Source: Myxococcota bacterium (GTDB lineage Bacteria; Myxococcota_A; Polyangia; Nannocystales; Nannocystaceae). From it: 64,000 nt of DNA. Below are positions 41,537 to 51,989 of this stretch, piece after piece. The position numbers and the translations under genes are program-made. The notes under the pieces are model-generated. The model saw only the letters and a program-made list of their open reading frames with translations, was not told the DNA's origin and did not search any database. The DNA lies in the NCBI GenBank assembly GCA_039028615.1, contig JBCCHT010000007.1:231405-295404 (forward strand). The letters are read 5' to 3'. The first letter of the stretch is position 1, and each line of letters begins with the position of its first letter.

Positions 41537-42936
41537 CGCCGACGCTCCACCTCGAGCCACACGCCCTTGGCCGGACGCAGCGTCACCGCGTTGCTCAGCT
41601 GCAGCGGCGGCGCGGAGGCCATCGGCCGCACCGTCAGCGTCTGCATCAGGGTGGCGAGCACCAACACCCCCTCGAGCATCGCGAAGTGGTTGCCCACGCA
41701 GATCCGCGGACCCCCGCCGAACGGAAAGTACGCAAACCGATGAAGCCCCTGCGCCCGCCCTTCGAGCCAGCGATCGGGGCGAAAGCTGTCGGGCTCCGTG
41801 TACCACCGCGGATCCCGATGCACGACCCACTGCGGCGTGAGCACCTGGCACCCCTTCCGCACCTCGTACCCGCCGATCTCCCGGTCTGCGAGCAGCTCCC
41901 GCCCCACCGTGTACGCGGGCGGGTAAAGCCGCATCGACTCGCGCAGCACGGCATCCGTGAGCACCAGCGCGGGCACGTCGTCGACCCGAGCCGGCCGCGT
42001 ACCCAACACCCGATCGATCTCCTCCTGCACCCGCGAGGCCACGTCCGGGTGGTGCGCGAGCAAGTGCAGCGTGTACGACAGCGCCAGTGCGGTCGTCTCG
42101 TGCCCCGCCAGGAACACGGTGGCGACCTCGTCACGCACCTGCTGGTCGGTCATCCCCTGGTCGTCGTCGTCGCGAGCATCGAGCAAGCGACTCAGCAAGT
42201 TGGTCTCCCCCTTCGCCTGCCGCCCCTTGGCGATCAGGTCGTAGAGGATCACGTCGAGCCGCTCGACGTGCCGATCGAGCTGGGCCAGCGCCCTGGCCCG
42301 CATGGACTCGGGCAGGAGCCGGCGGAAGGTCAGGTACTGGCGCCGAAACCCGATGAGCATGTCGTCGACGATCTCGCCGACGATGTCGATGTCGCGCACC
42401 GAGTCGGCCCCGAACATGGTGTCGAGCACGATCTCCAGGGTGATGCGCATCATGTCGACGTGGACGTCACGCTTCGATCGCTCGGGGATCCTCGCGAGCC
42501 GCTGCCGCGAGCGATGCACCATGGCCTCGCCGAAGCTCTCGATGTGGCGGCGCTGAAACGAAGGCGCGGCGATCTTCCGCTGCCTCCGCCAGACCTTGCC
42601 TTCGCTGGTGAGCAGCCCGTCCCCCACGTAGCGGGACAGCACCCGGGTGAGTTCGTCCTTCATCAGGTGGGCATGCTCGCCGACCAAGATGCTCTGGATG
42701 TCCTCGGGATGGTTGTAGACGTACACCTCCGCCAAGGCCAAGGGCAGGTGGACCACGTCACCGTAGCGTCGCCGATAGCTCGTCAGGGCGGGGAGGAAGT
42801 TGGTCGCCAGCCCGATCCCGCCGCCGATGATCGGCAAGGTCGGGGGCCCGGGCGGGAGCCGTCGCCCCAGCCCAGAGAGCCGCGGGGGCTGAAGAATCAA
42901 GCGTCGACTCGATGAGCGGAGGTTGGGTCGGGCCAT
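41533..42936 (-). CDS. Cytochrome P450
   Basis: I-helix AGHETT, ExxR (ESMR), F.PDRW and heme motif FGGGPRICVG. Confidence 0.95.
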   Translation of the reverse strand: MARPNLRSSSRRLILQPPRLSGLGRRLPPGPPTLPIIGGGIGLATNFLPALTSYRRRYGDVVHLPLALAEVYVYNHPEDIQSILVGEHAHLMKDELTRVLSRYVGDGLLTSEGKVWRRQRKIAAPSFQRRHIESFGEAMVHRSRQRLARIPERSKRDVHVDMMRITLEIVLDTMFGADSVRDIDIVGEIVDDMLIGFRRQYLTFRRLLPESMRARALAQLDRHVERLDVILYDLIAKGRQAKGETNLLSRLLDARDDDDQGMTDQQVRDEVATVFLAGHETTALALSYTLHLLAHHPDVASRVQEEIDRVLGTRPARVDDVPALVLTDAVLRESMRLYPPAYTVGRELLADREIGGYEVRKGCQVLTPQWVVHRDPRWYTEPDSFRPDRWLEGRAQGLHRFAYFPFGGGPRICVGNHFAMLEGVLVLATLMQTLTVRPMASAPPLQLSNAVTLRPAKGVWLEVERRR

Positions 42937-42939
42937 GAC

Positions 42940-43920
42940 TCAGCGGTCCTTTTCGACGTAGCGCTTGCCGTCGAAGCGCCACACGGATTCCTGCTCGTCG
43001 CCGTGCACCATCAGCTGATGCACATGGAGGTCGCACATCTTCTGGCCTTCGTCGCGTCGGCATCCGATCCCGGACACGATCCAGAAGTTGATCCGCCCCA
43101 CCAGACGCGGGCATCCTCGGCGGATTCGATAGAAGAAGTGGTCGACGTTCTCGCCGTAATTTCGATACGCGAGCACGAGGTCGAGCACGCCGTCGTCGTC
43201 GAGGTCGACGTCGGTCCACGCCGGCTCGAAGTCCAGCGCGTCCGCGGTGCCCCCGATCTCCGCTCGGGCCTGCTCCACCGGGTCGACGCAGCCGGGTCGA
43301 GCCTCGGCCGCAGCGCCCGCGAAGATGCGAATCTCGCGGAGCAACAGGGACTTCAGCGCGGGGTCGGAGGCGAAGATCCGAACCTCGACCGTCAGCGGTC
43401 CCAGGGCATGGACGGCATCGAAGAACCCGGCGGCATGGGCCTGGTGATGCACGCGAACATCGAGATAGACGCCCCCGCCGGGGCCCCAGACCGGCTCGTG
43501 GCGACACCCCTTGCGCAGCGGTTTCCGCTCGCAGCGCGCGTCCGGCCGGAACTCCAGCAGGCCGCTCTGGAACGACAGGCGCCGCACTCCGGGGCTGAGC
43601 TGTTCGATGGCGTCATCACTCAGTCCCTCCAGCACGGGGGAGCGATTCGCCCCCCGCACCACGTGGCTGAACATGGCATCGACGCGACGCCACGCGGCCG
43701 CTTCGGCTTCATCGACGGGTGGGGTCGCGGAGATCGAGCTCGGTTCGGGCGACGCGGCGTCAGCCTCGGCGAGGGCCGGGGTCGGAGCCGGCTCGAGCGG
43801 CGCCACCTGCTTCACGGGCGGCTCGGCTGGCGCTGCGGGGGGCTCACTCGCGGCCGCGCATGCGCCCACAGCCACGAGCGCACTCGAGGCCAAGACGAGC
43901 TGAACGAGCCGCGCGCACAC
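42940..43920 (-). CDS. Hypothetical lipoprotein
   Basis: Signal peptide with VGAC, a Pro/Ala linker and a DLDDDG..D Ca-loop-like motif. Ends 3 nt before the P450 start. Confidence 0.65.
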   Translation of the reverse strand: MCARLVQLVLASSALVAVGACAAASEPPAAPAEPPVKQVAPLEPAPTPALAEADAASPEPSSISATPPVDEAEAAAWRRVDAMFSHVVRGANRSPVLEGLSDDAIEQLSPGVRRLSFQSGLLEFRPDARCERKPLRKGCRHEPVWGPGGGVYLDVRVHHQAHAAGFFDAVHALGPLTVEVRIFASDPALKSLLLREIRIFAGAAAEARPGCVDPVEQARAEIGGTADALDFEPAWTDVDLDDDGVLDLVLAYRNYGENVDHFFYRIRRGCPRLVGRINFWIVSGIGCRRDEGQKMCDLHVHQLMVHGDEQESVWRFDGKRYVEKDR

Positions 43921-43945
43921 GCGACGACGGTAGCATCAGTCGAAC

Positions 43946-45655
43946 TCAGCGAGAGCCGACGCGCCAGACCGGGTCGCCGAAGGTCTCGTCGGCCACGATC
44001 TCGCCCGCGACGACTTCGCCCGTGACCTCTTTGGTGCGCAACACTCCCGCGCCCGCGGCCCGATGCATGGCGGCGCTCTGCCGCTGGCGGGGCTTGACCG
44101 CGCCGGTCGTCTCTTCGCGCACGTCACCCGAGTGCGGCCGCCGACGAACGACCGGGGCACCGGGCTCCGCCCGAACGAGCTGCCGGGCGAGGGGGTCGGT
44201 GTCGGCCGACCACGGTGCATGGCGAGACGGCGTGGCACAGGTGACCGCGATCTCGGCCGCGCGACGCGAGGACGGCACGTTCTGTTTCTCGGCCGAAGCC
44301 GGGTGCCGACGCGTGGCCAGAGCGTCGAGCAAGGGCTGCTCGGCTTCGGGCAGGACCTGGGTATCGCCGCTGGCCGCCGGTACCGGCTCGGTGGGCGTGC
44401 TCGAGGGCGAGGCCGATACGTCGACGTTCTCGTCGGTCGTCGCCTGGATGCGCCACGCCGGGCTGCTCTCGCTGGGCTGCGCCCGGGTCTGGGCATCGGT
44501 GGGCTGCTCGCTCAAGGCCTGCAACGCCACGTCGGCCCGCGCTTCGGCATCGCGCCGCGCTTTGGCCCGCCGACCGCTGTCGTTGGCCGCGCTGCGAGCA
44601 TGCACCGCGGTGACGAGCCCGCTGCGCATCGGCGCGGAGGTGTTCCACGGATCGCGAGGACTGGTGGCCCGCCCCGAGACCCGGGTGGCGGAGTCGGAGG
44701 TGGCCGAGGACCGCGGCACGGGGCTGTCCTGCTCGACGGCGGCGGGGACGATGCCCGTATGACCGGAGTGACTCGGGCCGACCATGCCGCGATAGATCAC
44801 CGCCAGCTCGCTCTGTGCCCACTGGAAGCCGGACCACCCCTCGAGGGCCCGCAGCACGGACTCGGCCGAGCGGGCCCGATGGGTGCGATCCGGCTGCAGC
44901 AACGAGCGCAGCACCCGGAGCACGGGCTCGGGCACGTCGGTGCGCCGCAGCGAGGGCACGCGATCGCGATAGATCTCTTGGAAGAGCGCATCGTCGTCGG
45001 CGCAGTGCCAACGGAAGCGACGACCGTCGAGCAACTCGAAGAGCAACGCCCCGACCCCGTACAGATCGGAGCGCTCGTCGGGCTCGCCTTCGACTTGCTC
45101 GCGCGGCACGTAGCCGAGCTTGCCCAGCGCGTCACCGAGCGCAGGCGCGCTGCCCACCGGTTGGGCGATGCCGAAGTCCATCAGGGTGATCTCGCCGTGC
45201 GAGCTGACCATGACGTTGTGCGGGGTGACGTCGCGGTGCACGACCCCCTGCGGCACCCCGCCGACGCGGTAGCCATGCAGGTGCACCAGCGCCCGCAGCA
45301 CACACGCGGCGACGTAGACGGCGTGCTCGACCGGCCACGGGCGATCGACGGAGCGGGTCAGCTCGGAGAGCGTGACGCCGTCGATCTGCTCCATCGCCAT
45401 GTAAAGCTGGTCGTCTTGGCCGCCGACGTCGAACACGGAGACGACGTTGGCGTGGCCGCTCAGGGCCAGCGCGAGGCGCCCCTCTCGCAGGAACATCTCC
45501 CGGTAGCCCGGCTCATCGGCGTATCGCGGCTTGATGATCTTGACCGCGCACGTCTTGGGTCCGCCCAGCGTCTCGCGTTGGGCTGACCACACTTGCGCCA
45601 TGCCGCCTTCGCCAATGCAGCGAAGCAATCGGTACGGTCCGAAGCTGCGATTCAT
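43946..45655 (-). CDS. Ser/Thr protein kinase with a low-complexity C-terminal tail
   Basis: GEGGMAQV, AVK, HRDVTPHN, DFG and GKLGYVPREQ. Confidence 0.9.
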   Translation of the reverse strand: MNRSFGPYRLLRCIGEGGMAQVWSAQRETLGGPKTCAVKIIKPRYADEPGYREMFLREGRLALALSGHANVVSVFDVGGQDDQLYMAMEQIDGVTLSELTRSVDRPWPVEHAVYVAACVLRALVHLHGYRVGGVPQGVVHRDVTPHNVMVSSHGEITLMDFGIAQPVGSAPALGDALGKLGYVPREQVEGEPDERSDLYGVGALLFELLDGRRFRWHCADDDALFQEIYRDRVPSLRRTDVPEPVLRVLRSLLQPDRTHRARSAESVLRALEGWSGFQWAQSELAVIYRGMVGPSHSGHTGIVPAAVEQDSPVPRSSATSDSATRVSGRATSPRDPWNTSAPMRSGLVTAVHARSAANDSGRRAKARRDAEARADVALQALSEQPTDAQTRAQPSESSPAWRIQATTDENVDVSASPSSTPTEPVPAASGDTQVLPEAEQPLLDALATRRHPASAEKQNVPSSRRAAEIAVTCATPSRHAPWSADTDPLARQLVRAEPGAPVVRRRPHSGDVREETTGAVKPRQRQSAAMHRAAGAGVLRTKEVTGEVVAGEIVADETFGDPVWRVGSR

Positions 45656-45869
45656 GAGGGGAACACTTGGGCCCCGGGGGAAGGGCGTTGGTGGCGCTAC
45701 GCCTGGGGGTGAGGCATGAGCGAAATCGCCACGTTTCTTTGGTTATGCGACGTACCAAGGCCAGGCGCATGTCCTACCTCGGGAATTTGCAGCTCCTCGG
45801 CCACACAGCGAAAGACAGCGTCCTCGGCTTCTAGGGGCCAATTCACGCTGCGGGGATCGCGATGTGCGA

Positions 45870-47276
45870 CTACATGCTGACGATGCGTACCTCGGGGACC
45901 CACACCCCACCGACCAACTCGCGAATGCGGCGATCCTCTTCGGAGCGTCGCGTGCCGGCTGGCAGGACCATGACCCGAGGCGGCTGCAACTCGTCGCGCT
46001 CTCGCAGGTAATCGTAGGCGGGAGATCGGCGCCGCAACGATTGATCGATCCGCTGCGACAAGAAGCCGTTGAGCTCCGGCGCCACGAACCCCTGCGCCTC
46101 GACCCGCACCAACAACGCACGCGGACGATGGCGCTCCACCCGGTGCGTCCCCGACCGCGCCATCCATGACAGCTCGGTGTCCTTGAAGGCGTCGGGCAAG
46201 CGCATCGACGCGGCGGTCTGCGTCTTGGCGACGCCGCGCGGCACACTGCGGGGATCGGGACCGATCTGCGCGCCGACGAGCGCCGGGTCCTCGCGCTGAA
46301 AGGCCTGCCGCAAGCTGGCGGTGAGCCACGCGCCCGCGACGGTGCACCCTTCGAGCGTGACGTCCGGAGGTGCAGGCGCCAGGCGAACGACCCGCGGTCG
46401 CGGGAAGGGTGCGTGCTCCGACGGCGCATCGAAGCCGACCACGCGCACGTGCTCGTCGGTGCGCAGCCGCAAAAAGCCGAGCGGCGACGACACCACCAGC
46501 TCGTAGCGCTGCCCCACGATCGCGTGCTCGGGCAAGACCGTCTCGGTGGCGTAGACCCGGCGCGCGTCCTCTTCGGGATTGCCGTAGGGCAGAAGCTCGA
46601 TGATCTGCGAGCCGACCGCGAGGGTCAGCGCGCGATCGGGCGGGCGCAGGGTGGGCAGGCCGAGGCGACCGCTGCGATGGATCCACCCCGCCGCGTGCAC
46701 TCGAACCCGGCTGCGCACCTCCTGCCCCAGATCGTGCTCGGCCAGGACCATGCGGAGCGAGCGGAGTCGTCGCTCGAGCGCGCCGCGGTACACCGACTCG
46801 AGCCAGCGCAGGGTGAGCACGCTGGGCACGACCATGAGCTCGGGGTCGAAGCCCTCGAGTCGCTCGAGCACGGCCTCGGGATCGTCGATGCGATCGATGC
46901 CGAGCACCTCGGCCTCGAGCGCCCGCACGTCGTCGCGCGCGATTCGGTCGACGCTGGGGTCGACGTTGTGCCCGCGCAGCAGCACGACGCGTCGAACGGG
47001 CCGACGCTTCAGCGCCCGCCAGATCGACACCACCGCGTCGCGCTCGGTGGCCCCCCCGGACAGCTCGCGCAGCCGGTCGTCACCCGAGTCGGCGAGGCCG
47101 AAGCCGAGGTGCAGCTCGACCTCCCGCTCGTGGCTCTCGGGATCCATGATGGGCAGCGACGCCCGCAGGTCGGCGAGGCTGCGGATGCGCCCCACCCCGA
47201 GCCGCTGGCCGAGCTTGGTCGGACCCAGCTGCTCGACGATCTGCCGAAGGCACCGCTCGCGACCCGGGACCGCCAC
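45870..47276 (-). CDS. GH3 (acyl-acid amido synthetase)-like protein, divergent
   Basis: GQRYELVVSSPLGFLRLRTDEHVRVVGF and C-terminal IDQSL....PAY..LR....LQPP resemble GH3 family motifs. Confidence 0.65.
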   Translation of the reverse strand: MAVPGRERCLRQIVEQLGPTKLGQRLGVGRIRSLADLRASLPIMDPESHEREVELHLGFGLADSGDDRLRELSGGATERDAVVSIWRALKRRPVRRVVLLRGHNVDPSVDRIARDDVRALEAEVLGIDRIDDPEAVLERLEGFDPELMVVPSVLTLRWLESVYRGALERRLRSLRMVLAEHDLGQEVRSRVRVHAAGWIHRSGRLGLPTLRPPDRALTLAVGSQIIELLPYGNPEEDARRVYATETVLPEHAIVGQRYELVVSSPLGFLRLRTDEHVRVVGFDAPSEHAPFPRPRVVRLAPAPPDVTLEGCTVAGAWLTASLRQAFQREDPALVGAQIGPDPRSVPRGVAKTQTAASMRLPDAFKDTELSWMARSGTHRVERHRPRALLVRVEAQGFVAPELNGFLSQRIDQSLRRRSPAYDYLRERDELQPPRVMVLPAGTRRSEEDRRIRELVGGVWVPEVRIVSM

Positions 47277-47291
47277 CGTGGCCGTCTCCCC

Positions 47292-48299
47292 TCAGCGCCC
47301 CAGCTCGGTGCGCAGCGTCTCGATGACCGACTTGGCCTGCTCGCGCCGGGCTTGGAGCTCGGGGTCGCGCTCGTCCCCCGGCAGGCGGTCGACGGCGATG
47401 CGGAAGCGCTCGAGGTGGGCGAGCGCCTCGCCCTTGCCCCCCGTCTGGAGCAGCGCCCGAGCGAGGCCATAGTGCCCCTCGATGCAGTCGGGATCCCGGC
47501 GCAGGACGTCGCGATAGCCCCGTACCGCCGCTTCGTGGCGATCCATGACCAGCGACAGCTCGGCGAGGTTGAGCCGCGCCTGCAGCTGATCGGCATCGTG
47601 GCGCAGCGCCTCTTCGAAGTGCTCGCGGGCTTCTTCGATCTGACCGATCTCGGCGAGCAAGCCCCCGAGGTTGGTCCACGCCGCGGCCAGGCAGGGGTCG
47701 AGCTCGAGCGCCGCCTCGTAGGCATGCCGGACCCGGGACAGCCCCTCGGTATCGGCGGGGGCGCGGTCCCACTCCTCCTCGAGCTCCTGCGCGAACGAGA
47801 ACCACTCGTAGGCGGTCTCGGGCGCGTGCTCGGAGCTGTCGTCGCCGTCGACCCAGGGCAGCGACACGACCTGCGCCGCCTCTTCGCGCAGCGCCTTGAC
47901 CTCGAAGTCGAGCACGAGCTGACCGGAGTCGGCCTCGAAGCGATGGGCGACCTCGTCCACGACCACGCGATCGTTCTCGCAGCGGATCCGCAGCTCGTGC
48001 AGCGGCGCGCGGACGCGAGGCAAGGTGGTGCGGAGTGCTTCGAGCTGTCGTCGGACGCGACGCAAGGGCAGGCCGCCTTCGAGCAAGCCCTTGGCGACCT
48101 TCACCGCGATCAGATCGCGAAAGCTATAGAACCGGCGCTCGCCCTTTCGAACCGAGGGCACGACGAAACCGGTCTGTGACCAGTACCGAAGCCGCCGCTC
48201 GGGAAGAGCCAGCAATCGAGAGACCTCTCGGAACGAGTACGCGCTTTCGTCGTCGCTCGCCGCGGAGATCGGGGAGACATTCGTCGCCACCACGTGCAT
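47292..48299 (-). CDS. MerR-type HTH plus TPR repeat protein
   Basis: YSFREVSRLLAL..RRLRYW...G...P...RRFYSFRDL, then TPRs (AWTNLG, ARLNLA, GHYGLA). Confidence 0.85.
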   Translation of the reverse strand: MHVVATNVSPISAASDDESAYSFREVSRLLALPERRLRYWSQTGFVVPSVRKGERRFYSFRDLIAVKVAKGLLEGGLPLRRVRRQLEALRTTLPRVRAPLHELRIRCENDRVVVDEVAHRFEADSGQLVLDFEVKALREEAAQVVSLPWVDGDDSSEHAPETAYEWFSFAQELEEEWDRAPADTEGLSRVRHAYEAALELDPCLAAAWTNLGGLLAEIGQIEEAREHFEEALRHDADQLQARLNLAELSLVMDRHEAAVRGYRDVLRRDPDCIEGHYGLARALLQTGGKGEALAHLERFRIAVDRLPGDERDPELQARREQAKSVIETLRTELGR

Positions 48300-48305
48300 G
48301 TAAGA

Positions 48306-48821
48306 CTACCCTCGTCGGTTGGCCAATGTGGCCTGGACATCGATGTCGAGGAGCACGGCCGTCCCTGCGGCCCGCACTCCGGTTTCGAGGACCAAGGACA
48401 GCGCCTCGGGCTCCGTATCGGCCAGCTGCGCCAGCTCGCGCCCGGCCAGCGTGCGCAAACGCTGCTCGACCCGGGGATCCTCCTCCATCAGCTCGGCCAC
48501 CCGTCGCGCGGTCGCCTCGTCGGCGGGCTCGCGGAAGCACGAGCGACATCGAACGAGGTCGATCGTGACCATGACGGTGGCGTAAAAGCGGCGATCGGCG
48601 GTGCGGCGTCCGCCCAGCTCTTCGCCGCCCTCGACGACCAAGTCGACGTGCTCGAAGAGCACCTCCAGGGCCCCCGGCGAGAGGACCTCACGGACCTCGC
48701 GGCGGATGAGCTGAACCCGCTGTACGCGGGCCCAGGGTGGATCGCCCAACGGATCGGCGGAGTCTCGCTCTCGCGGACTCGGCGCCTTCTTCGCGGCGGT
48801 TTTACGGGAAGGTGTAGTCAC
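48306..48821 (-). CDS. Hypothetical protein; start uncertain (track ORF extends to 48911)
   Basis: Natural-looking composition. Ends 6 nt before the MerR-TPR ORF. Confidence 0.6.
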   Translation of the reverse strand: MTTPSRKTAAKKAPSPRERDSADPLGDPPWARVQRVQLIRREVREVLSPGALEVLFEHVDLVVEGGEELGGRRTADRRFYATVMVTIDLVRCRSCFREPADEATARRVAELMEEDPRVEQRLRTLAGRELAQLADTEPEALSLVLETGVRAAGTAVLLDIDVQATLANRRG

Positions 48822-48941
48822 CAGACCTACATTATCGAGGGGCCTCCACGAGCCTCCCAATTTTCGGCCAGGACGCATCGGCCCACCGCGCGGGACTAGC
48901 GCGACGAGCACGCCGGCCCAACTCCCCTATCCTTCGGGCCG

Positions 48942-49898
48942 ATGTCCGACGTGCTCTTCGTGATGGATCCGCCCGAGACCTTCGATCCCCGGGCGGACAG
49001 CACCTACGTGATGATCACCGAGGCCATTCGGCGTGGCCATCGACCCTTCGGCACGAGCGTGGCGGGGCTGAGCTTGCACGGCGATCGAGCCCGGGCCCGG
49101 GTCGCCCCCGTGGGCATGACCGAGGATGGCTCGAACCGGCTGCACTACACCGAGGCCCCGAGCACCCGCGAGCTGAGCGAGTTCGCCGCGGTGATGATGC
49201 GGGCCGACCCGCCCGTCGACCAGGGCTACGTGGCCGCGACCTGGATCCTCGACTACGCCCACACCCTGGTGCTCAACGGACCGGCCGGTCTGCGCACCCT
49301 CAACGAGAAGCTCTCCATCCTCGGCTTCCGCGACCTGACCCCCAAGACCTTCATCTCCCGCGACTCCGACGAGCTGCGAGAGATCCTGGCGCAGCTGGGT
49401 GGTCGGATGATCGTCAAGCCGGTCTACGGCTTCGGTGGCCGCGAGATCCTGCTCGCCCGCGAGGACGACCCCAACCTCGGCAGCCTGCTCGAGCTGGCCA
49501 CCGCCGAGGGCACACGATGGACGGTCGCCCAGGAGTACCTGCCGGCCGCGGTCGAAGGCGACAAACGGATCCTGATGGTCGAGGGAGAGCCCATCGGGGC
49601 CGTCCTACGGGTTCCCGCCAAGGGAGAGCTCCGCAACAACTTCCACGCAGGCGGCCGACCGGCGACCAGCGACCTCGACGACCGGGACCGCGAGATCTGC
49701 TCAGCCGTGGGGCCCTTGCTACGAGAGCACGATCAGTTCTTCGTCGGGCTCGACGTCATCGGGGGTCAGCTGACAGAGATCAACGTGACCAGCCCGACCG
49801 GCATGCAGGAGGTCAACCGCCTCGCAGGGCTGACCGGCGACGACACCATGCAGGCACGCTTTTGGGACGCGCTGCAGGCCCGCATCGACCAGAGCTGA
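48942..49898 (+). CDS. gshB: Glutathione synthetase
   Basis: LFVMDP...DST, MR.DPP, NEKL, GDKRIL, R.NFHAGG and GLDVIG..LTEINVTSPTG. Confidence 0.95.
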   Translation: MSDVLFVMDPPETFDPRADSTYVMITEAIRRGHRPFGTSVAGLSLHGDRARARVAPVGMTEDGSNRLHYTEAPSTRELSEFAAVMMRADPPVDQGYVAATWILDYAHTLVLNGPAGLRTLNEKLSILGFRDLTPKTFISRDSDELREILAQLGGRMIVKPVYGFGGREILLAREDDPNLGSLLELATAEGTRWTVAQEYLPAAVEGDKRILMVEGEPIGAVLRVPAKGELRNNFHAGGRPATSDLDDRDREICSAVGPLLREHDQFFVGLDVIGGQLTEINVTSPTGMQEVNRLAGLTGDDTMQARFWDALQARIDQS

Positions 49899-50092
49899 GC
49901 CTTCGTTCTGCAATCGGCAGATCGTGCCGCGGCGAGCCAGCCGCCGCTTTACAGCGCCAATCAGCGCAGTAGCGGCCCACCGTGTAACCGACCCAACCGC
50001 GAGGGCCTGCTTCAGCCCGCGGTGAGCGCTTGGCGCCGCACTCGGTTCGTGACAAGCTGTGCGGCGCTCCCTCTCCCCGGCCCGGAGTCTCG

Positions 50093-50851
50093 ATGACGGA
50101 CACGCCCTCTACCCTTCGTGAGCTGCTCGACAAAGAGCTACCCCGCCTCTACGCCTTCGCGTACCACATGTCCGGCTACCGGCGTGACGCGCGGGCCCAC
50201 GTGGCACAACTGGTTCGCGACGCAAAGGAGAAGGGTTTCGAGGCGCTCACCGCCGACGGCAACAGCAGCGACGCCCTGCTCGGCCTCATGGCCCGGACCA
50301 TGGAAGAGAACCTCGGGCGCAAGTCCGACTTCAGCTTCGAGGGTCTCGACAACCAGCTGCGCAGCGACATCACCCGCCCCATCGATCTGCACGGCGGCGT
50401 GCTCCAGGGCTCGCCCCAGCAGGTGCACATCATGCTCTGGGAGCTCAAGCGCACCTGCCTCACGGCCACCCTGTGCTGCCTGCCTCCGGGTGTCCGCGTC
50501 TCCTTCGTGCTCACCGATCTGCTCGGATACTCGCCGTCCGACGCCTCGAAGCTGCTCAGCATCAAGGAGAGCGCGTACCGGGTGCGTCTCACGCGGGCCC
50601 GCAAGCGCATCGAGGACTACCTCACCCCGCGCTGCGCCCACGTCGACCCGCAGAACCCCTGCACCTGCACCGGCCGCCTCGTCATCGCCCTCGACTCCGA
50701 GTTCGTGAAGTCGCCCGCGCACACGCTCGACATCCCGCACGAGCCCCACGACGGCGACGGCCCGCGCCGCGACATGGGCAGCCTGTACCGCAGCCTGCCC
50801 GACGCCCAGCTCACCCCCGAAGAGACGGGCGAGCTGCTGCAAGACACCTGA
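50093..50851 (+). CDS. ECF-type sigma factor with a Cys-rich C-terminal extension and atypical region 2
   Basis: LYAFAYHM.G, ELKRTCL..TLCCLP, sigma4 HTH (ASKLLSI....YRVRLTRAR) and CAHVDPQNPCTC. Confidence 0.8.
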   Translation: MTDTPSTLRELLDKELPRLYAFAYHMSGYRRDARAHVAQLVRDAKEKGFEALTADGNSSDALLGLMARTMEENLGRKSDFSFEGLDNQLRSDITRPIDLHGGVLQGSPQQVHIMLWELKRTCLTATLCCLPPGVRVSFVLTDLLGYSPSDASKLLSIKESAYRVRLTRARKRIEDYLTPRCAHVDPQNPCTCTGRLVIALDSEFVKSPAHTLDIPHEPHDGDGPRRDMGSLYRSLPDAQLTPEETGELLQDT

Positions 50852-50870
50852 GGCGAGAGGCTCGAACGCC

Positions 50871-50913
50871 GCGACGCCCGACCACACCTCGCGTGGGTCG
50901 GGCGTTGTCGTTT
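50871..50913. terminator. Stem-loop between convergent genes; probable terminator
   Basis: GCGACGCCCGACC pairs with GGTCGGGCGTTGT, followed by CGTTT. Confidence 0.55.
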
Positions 50914-51787
50914 AGCGCAGGGGGGTGGTGAGGCGGCCGAGTTCGAAGCCGTCGAACTCGATGCGGACGACCTGGCCCGGGCTCAGGGCGGACACGCCCT
51001 TGGGGGTTCCGGTGTAGATGAGGTCGCCGGGCTCGAGGGTCATGACGCGGCTGATGTACTCGATGACGAAGGCCAGATCGAAGATCATCAGCTCGATGGG
51101 GGCCTCTTGGCGGGGCTGGTCGTCGAGGAAGCCGCGGATGCGGGCCGCCCCCGGCAAGGCAGTGCCGGGATCGACCATGCGCACGAAGGGGCCGCAGGGG
51201 GCGAAGCCGTCGAAACCCTTGCCGCGGGTCCACAGCTTGTCGCCGCGCTGGAGATCGCGGCACGAGACGTCGTTGCCGAGGGTGTAGCCCGCGACGTACC
51301 CGAGGGCGTCGGCCCGCGACACAGCGGTCGCGGTGCGGCCGATGACGGCCACGAGCTCGGACTCCATGTCGATGCGCTCGTAGCCACGGGGCAGATCGAG
51401 CGACTGGCCGGAGGCCAACAACGAGGAGGCGGGCTTGTGGAAGAGGATGGGCTCGTCGGGGACCTCGTTGCCCATCTCCTCGGCGTGGGCGCGATAGTTG
51501 CGACCGACGCAGAGGATCTTGCCCGGGCGCACGGGCGGGGCGAGTTCGAACTGCTGGAGCGGCCCGCGAAGACCGTCGGGCAGCGGGGCGGCCTCGTGGG
51601 CGAGCGCGTAGGCGTTGCCGTCGGCGTTGCCGCCCTGCCATGCGGTGACCCCCGCGAAGGGATCGGCGATCTCCTCGACCTCGGTGTCGGGCCCGGGGGC
51701 GCTTCCATCGGTCCACAGGCGCACCACCCGGTGCTGCGTTTGCTTCGGGACGGTGACTCGACCCACCCAGGCGATGCGCTCGGACAT
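50912..51787 (-). CDS. Fumarylacetoacetate hydrolase family protein
   Basis: KILCVGRNY..HA.E, ESEL, GNDVS.RDLQ, GKGFDGFAP and LEPGDLIYTGTP. Confidence 0.93.
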   Translation of the reverse strand: MSERIAWVGRVTVPKQTQHRVVRLWTDGSAPGPDTEVEEIADPFAGVTAWQGGNADGNAYALAHEAAPLPDGLRGPLQQFELAPPVRPGKILCVGRNYRAHAEEMGNEVPDEPILFHKPASSLLASGQSLDLPRGYERIDMESELVAVIGRTATAVSRADALGYVAGYTLGNDVSCRDLQRGDKLWTRGKGFDGFAPCGPFVRMVDPGTALPGAARIRGFLDDQPRQEAPIELMIFDLAFVIEYISRVMTLEPGDLIYTGTPKGVSALSPGQVVRIEFDGFELGRLTTPLR

Positions 51788-51989
51788 GGCCAAGACCCTC
51801 CCCCACTGCGGCCAGCGCTGGCAAGGCCCGCGGCGCGACCGACGGCTGTTGCGCCCACGTTGGAACGCGATGCAACGGAGCGCCCCGCGGCCAGGCCGGC
51901 CAAGGCCTCAAAGCGCCCGCCAAATGCCGTTCAGGCGCCCCGGAGATATTGGCCCAGGGCGTGCAGTAGAAAGGGAAAAGGGATACGCC

